From IMG/VR virus record IMGVR_UViG_3300032116_000062, positions 1-64,000 of that record: a stretch of DNA of 64,000 nucleotides; one strand, given 5' to 3'. The notes beneath the pieces are model-generated. The model was not told the DNA's origin and ran no database searches. It saw only the letters and a list, made by a program, of their open reading frames with translations. The position numbers and the translations under genes are program-made. Position 1 is the stretch's first letter. Each line of letters begins with the position of its first letter. This document shows positions 39,348-48,971 of the stretch, piece by piece. This DNA comes from a virus.

Positions 39348-40096
39348 AAGAATATTTAACTAACAATCCCATACCGGATGAATCGGGAGTAGTTAAGTAT
39401 GAGCCTGTAAAATATAGATGGTCACATGGCGCAACCGATACTCATTTGGGTGATGGTTTATTAGTATATTCTTTGATAATGATGAACCGTGCAAAAGTAT
39501 GTGTCTGTATTGGTAGTGGTGGTGGGTTTATTCCACGTATAATGACGCAGGCGAGAATGGATTTGTGGGAACAAAAAATATTTGATGGAAATCCTGCAAA
39601 AGAATGGGGTGATATAGGAACAACGATTATAATTGATGCGGCAAATGGAGTTGGTGGGTTTACTGATTGGGTGGATGAAAATAGTTTTTTGAGAAATCAC
39701 TACTCACCGCAAGTTATTTTAAATACATCTGAAAGAGCTTACTATGATTATTTTGTAAGGCAAGATATAAAAATAGATTATTTACATATAGATGGTGATC
39801 ATTCCTATGAAGGAGTTAAAAAAGATTTTGAACTATACTCAACAATTATGTCAGAGAACGGAATCATTACTATACATGATACGGATCAAAAATACCATGA
39901 TACATTCTTAATCCCCAATAATCAGTTAGATCATTTTGATTCTTTTGATGGGCCCGCAAAATTTATAAATGAATTAGAAAATAATACTGAATGGAATTTG
40001 GTAAATTTAAAAAATTTCATTATGTTTGATTCAAAAAGACCGACAACTACTGGTATAGCTATAGTTACAAAAAAGAATAATAAAAAAAGTGAATAA
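39320..40096 (+). CDS. class I SAM-dependent methyltransferase (Methyltransf_24-like)
   Basis: CIGSGGG; IDYLHIDGDHSYEGVKKDF...GIITIHD. Confidence 0.85.
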   Translation: MQLLNEILIKEYLTNNPIPDESGVVKYEPVKYRWSHGATDTHLGDGLLVYSLIMMNRAKVCVCIGSGGGFIPRIMTQARMDLWEQKIFDGNPAKEWGDIGTTIIIDAANGVGGFTDWVDENSFLRNHYSPQVILNTSERAYYDYFVRQDIKIDYLHIDGDHSYEGVKKDFELYSTIMSENGIITIHDTDQKYHDTFLIPNNQLDHFDSFDGPAKFINELENNTEWNLVNLKNFIMFDSKRPTTTGIAIVTKKNNKKSE

Positions 40097-40946
40097 AAAA
40101 ACAATAAGATTAGTAACTATCACAGGATCTAGAACAAACACTCTACGACATATGCTGCAGCACTATAATGCTTTGGTAGATGAAATTTTTGTTGTAGTTT
40201 ATGAATGGGAAGGATTTAGTACCTATGAATCAGTTTTAGAAATAGTAAATGAATTTCCAAAAGCTAAAATTATTAAAAAAGTTACAAAAGAAAAATATAA
40301 TTGGGAATACGTTACAGAACTATATAATGAAATAAAAAACTTATATCCAAAAGATTGGTGGATAGTATCTGATGATGATGAATTTCATATTTACTCAAAT
40401 AATTTAGATGAAATAATATCAGATTGTGAAGAATTTGGTTGGGATATGGTCCGTGGTGGTTTTATAGATAGAATCGGTATAGATGGTGAATTTGTAGAAA
40501 TACAAAAAAATAAAAATATATTTAAGCAATTCCCAATGGGTGGATTTTTTAGATACCCTATGAGTGGTGCATGTCCAAATAAAGTATGTATTATGAAAGG
40601 GTATATACAATTAACACCCGGTCAACACTACGCAATTATAAACGGACAAACTACTTGGAGATGGCAAGGGTGGAATCATCCGTTAATAGCTCCTGTGGAT
40701 AGATACAACGTACAGGTACATCATTTTAAATGGGATAGTACGTGCTCTGATAGAATAAGAGATGTAGCATCTATAAATAAGGATTATGCGTATTCAGAGG
40801 AATATAGAAAAATGTATAAAGAATTAGCAAAATCCAGATTTGTTATAGATATAAATAACGAAGATTATATGTTTGAAAATATTGGTGATAGTATAAGTGG
40901 ATATTCAAAATGGAATAAACTTTTAAATAAAATATTATCAATATAA
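40089..40946 (+). CDS. glycosyltransferase family 2-like (GT-A)
   Basis: HY..LVDEI, WWIVSDDDEFH DxD motif, GQH, HHFKW. Confidence 0.7.
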   Translation: MNKKTIRLVTITGSRTNTLRHMLQHYNALVDEIFVVVYEWEGFSTYESVLEIVNEFPKAKIIKKVTKEKYNWEYVTELYNEIKNLYPKDWWIVSDDDEFHIYSNNLDEIISDCEEFGWDMVRGGFIDRIGIDGEFVEIQKNKNIFKQFPMGGFFRYPMSGACPNKVCIMKGYIQLTPGQHYAIINGQTTWRWQGWNHPLIAPVDRYNVQVHHFKWDSTCSDRIRDVASINKDYAYSEEYRKMYKELAKSRFVIDINNEDYMFENIGDSISGYSKWNKLLNKILSI

Positions 40947-40947
40947 A

Positions 40948-40979
40948 TTTGGAAAATTATAAAAATAGTTGTATATTAA
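40948..40979 (+). promoter_or_regulatory. Bacteroidota-type sigma70 promoter
   Basis: TTTG 40948-40951, 20-nt spacer, TATATTAA 40972-40979. Confidence 0.55.
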
Positions 40980-41002
40980 CACATCAAAATTAAATTAAAG
41001 TT

Positions 41003-41212
41003 ATGGCAGTCACTAAAAAAAATGAAGAAAGAGATCAAGAAATTTTACTCCTTGAAACCAGAAAAGTAAAGGCTTTAGAAAAAATAGCCAATTCATTGGA
41101 TGCGTTGACGATTTGGTTTGAAGAAATCGAAAAAGATGAATGGAGTGAAAGACTTCAATGGTATCTTTATGAATGGCATTCTAAAAAAATTGCAGGAGAT
41201 AAAGAAAAATAA
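41003..41212 (+). CDS. small hypothetical protein
   Basis: 69-aa ORF after the promoter, coupled to the next gene. Confidence 0.6.
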   Translation: MAVTKKNEERDQEILLLETRKVKALEKIANSLDALTIWFEEIEKDEWSERLQWYLYEWHSKKIAGDKEK

Positions 41213-42642
41213 TGCAAAAACAAAAATTAGGAATAATTGTTCCCTATCGTAATAGGGGTGAACACTTGTCTCAATTTTTGTTGACGATAAAAAAATATTT
41301 ATCGAACACCGATATAAAGTATGAACTAATAATAGTAGAACAAGCGGATGATAAACCTTTTAATAGAGGAAAACTACTAAATATAGGTGTAAAAAAAGCA
41401 ATTGAATTTGGATGCAAGTATGTAGCTCTACATGATGTGGATATGTTGCCCATTGATGTAGATTATTCTTATGTCCATAGACCTACACATTTAGCTACAA
41501 AATTTATTTCTGATAATACTGAAAAAAATATAGTATTTGATGAGTACTTTGGTGGTGTAACTTTATTCCCTATAAATGAGTATTTAAAAATAAATGGATA
41601 CTCTAATGAGTATTGGGGATGGGGGTATGAAGATGATGATTTGCTTTTTAGATGTAAAGAAAATTCTTTAGAATTAGATACAAAATATTATCCTGTAAAA
41701 ACACGTAATACGGCTGGATTATATTTTAACGGAAAAGATAGTTATATAACATGTCCAAAACCATTTGGATTGGATAACTATACAGTATTCGCATCCTTCG
41801 AACCTGATGAAATAAAGTGTGATGAAAATTATGAGTTTGATGAATATGTGGTATTTTCTATACCAGGATATGATACAACGATAACATATAATTCATTTAA
41901 AAGATATAAATTTGAAACTTGGTCAAAATCAAAAAATGTATTTAGTTTAAAATCTAGCATTGCACCAAAATTAAGAACAGTCATAGCGGTCACAGTAAAC
42001 CAATACGATAGGATAATAAAACTATACCAAGATGGTGTATTGGTCGATTCCCTAGAAATAGATTCAAAGGAAAGATTAATGCCTTACTTTAATCAGGAGT
42101 TTTTTTATATAGGAAAAACCACTACATCCGAATTTAATAGTAGACGACCATTCAAAGGAACAATAGATTACTTTGCAATATTTAATCACAGTTTAGAAGA
42201 AGCGCAGATAAAAGAAATATCAAATAATAGATATATGGGCCTGACTGATAACTATGGTGATTATATTACTTCACATTGTTTGGAAGTTTGTTATGACATG
42301 AAGATAAGTAAAAAAGATAAATTGATAGATTTATCTTCAAATAATAATGATGCTATTATAAATAATTGTGAAAGAGTTCCTGTTGTTGATATTGATATGA
42401 TAACGGAAATAAAGATTCCTTGGAGAAAAGCCGGAACTTTTAAATTATTACCACATAAGGAAAATGGATTTTTTGAAAACAAATGGACATTTACCGAAAC
42501 AAGAAAAAATCAAATAAAATTTTATAACGATGTGTTGGGAGGAAAAACAAACTGGAGAAGAGATGGAATGGATACATTGAATTATAAAGAAATAAGTTAT
42601 ACAGACATGAAAGATTACCACTATTTATCAGTATCATTATGA
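41212..42642 (+). CDS. GT7 (beta-1,4-galactosyltransferase-like) with inserted LamG domain
   Basis: IIVPYRNR, FNRGKLLNIG, HDVD, YFGGV, NGYSNEYWGWGYEDDD; LamG (FKGTIDYFAIFNHSL); GT7 tail resumes (LLPH...DG..TLNY). Confidence 0.88.
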   Translation: MQKQKLGIIVPYRNRGEHLSQFLLTIKKYLSNTDIKYELIIVEQADDKPFNRGKLLNIGVKKAIEFGCKYVALHDVDMLPIDVDYSYVHRPTHLATKFISDNTEKNIVFDEYFGGVTLFPINEYLKINGYSNEYWGWGYEDDDLLFRCKENSLELDTKYYPVKTRNTAGLYFNGKDSYITCPKPFGLDNYTVFASFEPDEIKCDENYEFDEYVVFSIPGYDTTITYNSFKRYKFETWSKSKNVFSLKSSIAPKLRTVIAVTVNQYDRIIKLYQDGVLVDSLEIDSKERLMPYFNQEFFYIGKTTTSEFNSRRPFKGTIDYFAIFNHSLEEAQIKEISNNRYMGLTDNYGDYITSHCLEVCYDMKISKKDKLIDLSSNNNDAIINNCERVPVVDIDMITEIKIPWRKAGTFKLLPHKENGFFENKWTFTETRKNQIKFYNDVLGGKTNWRRDGMDTLNYKEISYTDMKDYHYLSVSL

Positions 42643-44102
42643 AATTAGGAGTTTGCGTACCATATAGAAACCGAGAAGCACATTTAAGAAGATTTGTTCC
42701 AAAAGTTACAGAATTTTTAAACAATGCTGGAATAGAACACACCATCTATCTGGCTCATCAATGTGATGATGAGTTGTTTAATAGAGGGTTAATGAAAAAC
42801 ATTGCAGCAAAGCATGCATTTGATGATGGATGTGATTATATTGTATGGCATGATATTGATATGATACCTGAAGATGATAGTTGTGATTACTCTTTTCCAA
42901 AAGATAATCCTGTTCATATTGCTGTCAACATATCCCAATCTGATTATATGTTAAAGTATGAGGAATACTTTGGTGGAGCCGTTTTATTTACAAAAGAACA
43001 GGTACAAAAAACAAATGGGTATTCAAATGATTATTGGGATTGGGGAATGGAGGATGATGACTTATTTTGGAGATGCGTTAAAGAAGATATGGTAGATAGA
43101 ACAAAACTTGATTATAATATTAAAAAAATGGTCGGGGTATTTGATGGCAAGGCATCATATATGGAGATACCAAACAGATTCGGACATATTTTGAATAATT
43201 CACATACGGTTTCTATTTTAGTAAAAGCAGATCAGCAAATTGAAAAAGTCCCAATATGGTTGATTGGTGATAATGATAGAAAGTTTGTTGAATATCCTAT
43301 ATTAAGAAAGCCGGGTTATGATTGGGGAATATCATTTAATAATAGTAGAGCGTATACTGCAATGTTATGGAATAGTAATAAAGAAAGTATATACCAATGG
43401 TTTAAAAGATATGAAAATGAGTGGACTTGGGTAACTATGGTAGTGGATACGATAGATAAAAAAATGCACCTATATTTGAACGGAAGAGAAAGTTCTGCAC
43501 GAAACGGAACAGGAACAGAATCGCCGGTAACATATACAGGATCGTTAAAAAGATATGGTTCAGAACCATTTTATATTGGGCATACTCCAAGTATAAGTTC
43601 AAACGAACCAAACGCATTTTTTAAAGGACAAATATCTGATATAAAAATTTGGGATAGAGTACTATCCGAAACAGAAGTCAGAAATTTACACAAAGAATAT
43701 CCAAAAGATAGTTTGTTAGTTCATTATGATTTTCAAAATATAGATAGAGTTAGTAGAAAACTCGTCGATAATATTAGTGGATTTCATGCTGATTTTTCCA
43801 GAATTTCATTCAAAACAGAAGATATAACAATACCATATGTTGCGTTACCATATAGAAAAAATGGTAGATTTTTTTGTTTGCCACATAAAACGGAAGGATT
43901 GATTAATGAGGGTGGAATGGAAAAGTGGGCAAAAGGTGAAACTACTGCAAGAAATGAACGCAGATATGTTTTAGAAATGCAACAAGGTAAAATAGATTAT
44001 AAAAACGATGGTATTTCTAATGTTGATGAAAAATATGAATTAATTGGAGTTGATACAATATACGATGTACATAAAATGATAAATGTTAAATGTATAAAAT
44101 AA
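42639..44102 (+). CDS. GT7 (beta-1,4-galactosyltransferase-like) with inserted LamG domain, paralog
   Basis: VCVPYRNR, FNRGLMKN, HDID, YFGGA, WDWGMEDDD; LamG (FKGQISDIKIWDRVLS); tail CLPH...DG. Confidence 0.88.
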   Translation: MKLGVCVPYRNREAHLRRFVPKVTEFLNNAGIEHTIYLAHQCDDELFNRGLMKNIAAKHAFDDGCDYIVWHDIDMIPEDDSCDYSFPKDNPVHIAVNISQSDYMLKYEEYFGGAVLFTKEQVQKTNGYSNDYWDWGMEDDDLFWRCVKEDMVDRTKLDYNIKKMVGVFDGKASYMEIPNRFGHILNNSHTVSILVKADQQIEKVPIWLIGDNDRKFVEYPILRKPGYDWGISFNNSRAYTAMLWNSNKESIYQWFKRYENEWTWVTMVVDTIDKKMHLYLNGRESSARNGTGTESPVTYTGSLKRYGSEPFYIGHTPSISSNEPNAFFKGQISDIKIWDRVLSETEVRNLHKEYPKDSLLVHYDFQNIDRVSRKLVDNISGFHADFSRISFKTEDITIPYVALPYRKNGRFFCLPHKTEGLINEGGMEKWAKGETTARNERRYVLEMQQGKIDYKNDGISNVDEKYELIGVDTIYDVHKMINVKCIK

Positions 44103-44106
44103 AAAT

Positions 44107-45525
44107 ATGGCAGAAAGTAAAATAATAAAAGGTGAAAATCCACTATATGTTCAAGTAAAAAATGAATTAGATTCTGTGGGAAAGGGAATGTGTTTAGCAA
44201 AATGGACACAAGTAACAATGCAACTACAAAGTGGCCACAACCACTCATGCCATCACCCAACCACACACAAAATTTCAGAAGTAGAGATAGCACGAAACCC
44301 ATCAGCATTACATAATACTAGATTTAAAAAACTAAAAAGAAAAGAGATGTTAAGTGGCCAAAGACCGGCCGAATGTGAATATTGTTGGAACGTGGAAGAT
44401 AATTCTGATAGATTTTCTGATAGAGTTTTTAAATCATCAGAGAGTTGGAGTTGGGAGCACAAAGAAGAAATTTTCAATTCTGATTGGAGAGATGATTATA
44501 ATCCAAAGTATGTAGAAGTTGCATTTAGTAATACTTGCAATTTTAAGTGTTCTTATTGTGGCCCTTCTTTTAGTACCACTTGGATGGAAGAAATAGAGCA
44601 ATATGGTGGATATCCTACATCTGATAATTTTAATGATATAACATGGATGGTTAGAGAAAATAAAATGCCAATACCACAAAGGGAACATAATCCATACGTT
44701 GAAGCATTTTGGAAATGGTGGCCGGAACTATATCACAATCTACATACATTCAGAATAACAGGCGGAGAACCTTTATTATCTAAAGATACTTGGAGAGTAT
44801 TAGATTATATTATTAGTGAAAAAAATCCAAATAAAAATCTTAAGTTAGCAATCAATTCGAATTTGGGAGTACCGGATGCTCTGATTGATAAACTAATTGA
44901 AAAAATTAAAAAAATAGAAGATGAAGGTAGAGTTAAAGAATTGATTTTATTTACATCTGCCGACACGTGGGGAGAGCAGGCAGAGTACATAAGAACGGGA
45001 TTGGAGTTCAATCGTTTTTGGGATAACATTAATAAAATATTATTGAATTGCCCAAAGATAGTTATAACATTTATGGTAACATACAATGCCTTATCTGTAT
45101 TTAAATACGATAAACTAATAAAAGAAATTTACAAATTAAAAGAAACCTACGCAAGTCCTTATCGGTATTGGAACTCTGCAACGTTTTTAGATTCATCATA
45201 TTTGAGATATCCGATGCATCAGACCGTGCAAGTATTACCACATCAATTTGCAGAAAATATAATGAATCAAGCAAAACTTGCAACATTCTTTTCTACACCA
45301 TCTTTCAATTCAACGCAAATTGGTTATAGTGATGTAGAAGTTCAAAAAATAAAAAGAATTTATGATTGGATGTTAGCACCGCAAGATGCTGAACAGCAAA
45401 TGAAAAATAGACATAACTTTTATAAATATTTTAGTGAACATGATAGGCGTAGAGGAACCGACTTTTGCAAAACATTTCCTGAATTAGAAGAATTTTATAA
45501 TTTCTGTTCAACAATTACAATATGA
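44107..45525 (+). CDS. radical SAM protein with N-terminal twitch/SPASM-like Cys cluster
   Basis: CNFKCSYC motif, ITGGEP; N-terminal CLAKW...SCHH...CEYCW. Confidence 0.88.
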   Translation: MAESKIIKGENPLYVQVKNELDSVGKGMCLAKWTQVTMQLQSGHNHSCHHPTTHKISEVEIARNPSALHNTRFKKLKRKEMLSGQRPAECEYCWNVEDNSDRFSDRVFKSSESWSWEHKEEIFNSDWRDDYNPKYVEVAFSNTCNFKCSYCGPSFSTTWMEEIEQYGGYPTSDNFNDITWMVRENKMPIPQREHNPYVEAFWKWWPELYHNLHTFRITGGEPLLSKDTWRVLDYIISEKNPNKNLKLAINSNLGVPDALIDKLIEKIKKIEDEGRVKELILFTSADTWGEQAEYIRTGLEFNRFWDNINKILLNCPKIVITFMVTYNALSVFKYDKLIKEIYKLKETYASPYRYWNSATFLDSSYLRYPMHQTVQVLPHQFAENIMNQAKLATFFSTPSFNSTQIGYSDVEVQKIKRIYDWMLAPQDAEQQMKNRHNFYKYFSEHDRRRGTDFCKTFPELEEFYNFCSTITI

Positions 45526-46271
45526 GCATAAACATCAATACAAATAATTTATATTTGATATTACCATCAAATGTATCATTTAAAGAATCTAATATATCAG
45601 ATTCTATGCAAGGTGATTTTACTTTATTCGCTAGAGTAAAATTGGATAAAGAAAAAATAACAGAAAAAGAAGCATTTATCATATCAAGAAGTGGAATGCA
45701 TTCTGGTATATCGGTATTTAAAAATGAAATAGGAAAGGTATTTTTACAATACACATATTGGTTTGAAAACCCGGAAGATAAAACAAATTCTATAAAACAA
45801 ATCCACATAGAATTACAAGATTCTATGTTTGAAGATTTTATAGATGTTTATATGACAAATAGTGATGATAAATCAAAGATAACCTGTCATTTAAACGATG
45901 AAATAGTTGGAAGTATGATTTATGCTGGATTAGATAAAGTAAATTATACAGATTCCCCATATTGGTTTGGGTGTGGTAGTATGTTTACCGAAGAAGATGC
46001 GAGAAGCATAGGTGATTTTGAATATCATATTGTATTTTCGGTAAGTAAAAAACTTACAATGTTACAAATAAAAGATTTAGTAGAAAATTATGATAAAAAA
46101 TATACTAAAATTATTTTTGAAACATATAAAGTGTTTAACTCCGATTTATCTTTTGCAAAAGATTTTGCATTTTTTTGTGATTTCGATGTAACAAATAGAT
46201 ACAAAGTTTGGAATTATGCATTCAACGGAAACTACCCACAAATTTATATAGAAGGCAACGTATATTATTAA
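45522..46271 (+). CDS. hypothetical protein, probable LamG/concanavalin-like fold
   Basis: beta-rich; DFTLFARV, YWFGCG and DF...WNYAFNGN resemble LamG patterns. Confidence 0.45.
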   Translation: MSININTNNLYLILPSNVSFKESNISDSMQGDFTLFARVKLDKEKITEKEAFIISRSGMHSGISVFKNEIGKVFLQYTYWFENPEDKTNSIKQIHIELQDSMFEDFIDVYMTNSDDKSKITCHLNDEIVGSMIYAGLDKVNYTDSPYWFGCGSMFTEEDARSIGDFEYHIVFSVSKKLTMLQIKDLVENYDKKYTKIIFETYKVFNSDLSFAKDFAFFCDFDVTNRYKVWNYAFNGNYPQIYIEGNVYY

Positions 46272-46272
46272 T

Positions 46273-47214
46273 ATGAAAATAGCAGTATGTTTTAGTGGCC
46301 AATGGAGAACTGGCAATTATTGTTATGATAATCTAAAAAGGTTTTTCGGATTATTATATCCTTATTGTGATTTTTTTATACACACATGGGATATAAATAA
46401 ACAAAAGTGTTATAATCTATCAAACGTATTTTCAAAAGAAACAAAATTAACGGATGATGATATAAATGAACTAAAAAGTAAATATAATCCGAAAAAAATT
46501 ATTATAGAAGATTACAATCATATTCATAATACGTTACAAACGTATGAAAAAACGGCATATAAAGATGTTAAAGTTTTTGATATAATTCAACCTCTTTGGT
46601 ACTCTTTTTATAAAAGTGTAGAACTAAAAAAAGAATATGAAAAGGAAAATAAATTTGAATATGATTATGTAATCAAATTAAGACCTGATATAATATTCAA
46701 ACCAAATAGAAGATTAGTACAGGATATTGAGTTATATTTTGATGAAATAAATTCTGGAGAATTTTATATAGAAAATTTAATGAGAGAGTGGACGGTTGAT
46801 AATACAACAATTGATGATGTTTATTTTTTATCAAAATCAAAGCAAATGAATATTGCGGCCGAATATCATAATCATTGGTTAGAATGGGGTATCTTATCTG
46901 ATACATTTTATGGATTTTTAAGGCATGCACATTTAAATAATTTAAAAATAAGTAATTATAAAAAAAGATATTTAGGTGGGGATCCTTTTTATTCTGTTAT
47001 GAGACCGGAATGTTTAAAATACGGAACTACGACTGAAGAAGAATTTGATAATGTTGTAGTTTGCGAAAATTACTATTATGGTGACCCAAATTCAAATTCA
47101 AAATCGCCGAAAGGGTTTTATATACATTTGTTAAAAAATCTATGCAATATAGATGATACTACCGAATATTATGTTGATGAGTTGGATATAAACCAAAATA
47201 AAAAAATTATTTAA
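46273..47214 (+). CDS. putative glycosyltransferase, 'KIAVCxSGQxR' family (paralog 1 of 4)
   Basis: KIAVCFSGQWR, DFFIHTW, YDYVIKLRPD, DDVYF. Confidence 0.55.
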   Translation: MKIAVCFSGQWRTGNYCYDNLKRFFGLLYPYCDFFIHTWDINKQKCYNLSNVFSKETKLTDDDINELKSKYNPKKIIIEDYNHIHNTLQTYEKTAYKDVKVFDIIQPLWYSFYKSVELKKEYEKENKFEYDYVIKLRPDIIFKPNRRLVQDIELYFDEINSGEFYIENLMREWTVDNTTIDDVYFLSKSKQMNIAAEYHNHWLEWGILSDTFYGFLRHAHLNNLKISNYKKRYLGGDPFYSVMRPECLKYGTTTEEEFDNVVVCENYYYGDPNSNSKSPKGFYIHLLKNLCNIDDTTEYYVDELDINQNKKII

Positions 47215-47216
47215 TT

Positions 47217-48020
47217 ATGAAAATTGCAGTTTGTTTAAGTGGGCAATTAAGAACTTGGAAAGATGCATATAAAACTTGGGGAACATTTTTTGATGAACTA
47301 AAAAAGTCATCAGAACTACAAGGCGAAGAATTAGAAGTAGATTATTTTGTGCATACTTGGAGTTTTAATAGTACACCATTCGCAGTCTGGACAAAAAAAC
47401 AATGGGATGCCGGAAAATATCATACCGGATTTGTTCAACCACCAACCGAAGGTGTAACTAATGATGAACTTAATGAATTTTTAGAAACGATAAAACCGAA
47501 GCAGCATATTATTGAAAATGTGTGGAAAAGTTCAACTAGAAAAGAAAATTTAGATGATAGGATTCAATGGAGATTAAATGACCCTACAAAATGGGCAACT
47601 ATTAGTTGGGCAGGTTCCCAATTATATGGAATCATGCGTGCCGCAGAGATGAAACGAAATTATGAATTAGGAAATGGATTTGAATATGATATGGTTATTA
47701 GAATGAGAATGGATTTGAGTTTTGATTATCTAAATCGTATGATATTTGTCAATGATTTTCAAAAACCAAAAGAAAAGACACTATATTCCGTACATAGTTT
47801 TAATACAGAATATTTTCCGCATGATGCGGTTGGTGATATATTCTTTTATGCAGATAGTTTTACATATGATATTATAGCAAATGTTTATAATTATCTACCA
47901 CAAATATCGCCAGATATATTTCCTCCTGATATAAAAGTAGAATCTATACTAGCATATGTAATACGAATGTTTGATATTAAAAATATAAGATTAAAAATTG
48001 ATCCAGATATAATAAGATAA
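47217..48020 (+). CDS. putative glycosyltransferase, 'KIAVCxSGQxR' family (paralog 2)
   Basis: KIAVCLSGQLR, DYFVHTW, YDMVIRMRMD, DIFFY. Confidence 0.55.
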   Translation: MKIAVCLSGQLRTWKDAYKTWGTFFDELKKSSELQGEELEVDYFVHTWSFNSTPFAVWTKKQWDAGKYHTGFVQPPTEGVTNDELNEFLETIKPKQHIIENVWKSSTRKENLDDRIQWRLNDPTKWATISWAGSQLYGIMRAAEMKRNYELGNGFEYDMVIRMRMDLSFDYLNRMIFVNDFQKPKEKTLYSVHSFNTEYFPHDAVGDIFFYADSFTYDIIANVYNYLPQISPDIFPPDIKVESILAYVIRMFDIKNIRLKIDPDIIR

Positions 48021-48021
48021 T

Positions 48022-48918
48022 ATGGGAAAGATAACAACATATAATATAGCAGTCTGCTTAAGTGGACAATCTCGTACTTGGAGAACCGCCAAAGAAAATA
48101 TACTTAACTATTTTGATGTAAAAATTAATACGCATAAAAATTGTAAAGTAAATGTCGATTATTTTATTCATACGTGGGATACCAATAGTTATAGAGATAA
48201 GACTCAACCACGTTGGCAAAATACGGATTATAAGATAGATAATCCAAATGAAGTAGAAGAAATAAAACTTGCTTTTAATCCAAAAATGATGGAATATGAA
48301 TCGTTCAATCCAAATATATGGAATGAAGCTTGGGAGGGTATGTTTTATAGTTTTATGAAAAGTATAGAACTAAAAAAGAGATACGAACTATCAACGGATA
48401 TACACTACGATATGGTTATCAAAACCAGATTTGATATTAACTTTTTACAAGAAGGAGTAAATAAATATGGATTACCTATAAACAAATTTTATGTACATCC
48501 GTTACAACCATTTACAGCGTATGCATCATCACCAACACCTACAAGATTTCCAAATGAATTTAATCAAGTTTGTTTTGATGATGTTTTTTTCTACGCAGAT
48601 TCACCAACCATGGATATCATTGCACACATATATCGGTGGTATAAAAAGTTGATGCAAAAAGGAAGATTACAAAAAGTTACAGGCGAATTTGTTGATTTTC
48701 CTGAATTTTATTATGGACCTGGAACACTATTACAAAAATATATTACTAACTGGAATATACAACCATATGCAGAACATGCCAACCCGTATTATGTTGTAAG
48801 AAAGGAAGCAGAAGATAAAGGATTGCATAGTATTGATAATTGGAAAGAAATATATGATATATCCAGAGATTGGTATGAGAATGGATATTTTGAAAAATCA
48901 AAAGCAGATATACATTGA
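48022..48918 (+). CDS. putative glycosyltransferase, 'KIAVCxSGQxR' family (paralog 3)
   Basis: IAVCLSGQSR, DYFIHTW, YDMVIKTRFD, DDVFFY. Confidence 0.55.
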   Translation: MGKITTYNIAVCLSGQSRTWRTAKENILNYFDVKINTHKNCKVNVDYFIHTWDTNSYRDKTQPRWQNTDYKIDNPNEVEEIKLAFNPKMMEYESFNPNIWNEAWEGMFYSFMKSIELKKRYELSTDIHYDMVIKTRFDINFLQEGVNKYGLPINKFYVHPLQPFTAYASSPTPTRFPNEFNQVCFDDVFFYADSPTMDIIAHIYRWYKKLMQKGRLQKVTGEFVDFPEFYYGPGTLLQKYITNWNIQPYAEHANPYYVVRKEAEDKGLHSIDNWKEIYDISRDWYENGYFEKSKADIH

Positions 48919-48971
48919 TTATGAATAAATTAATTGTTTTGCACAAGAAATTTTAGAAAAAATAAATAACT

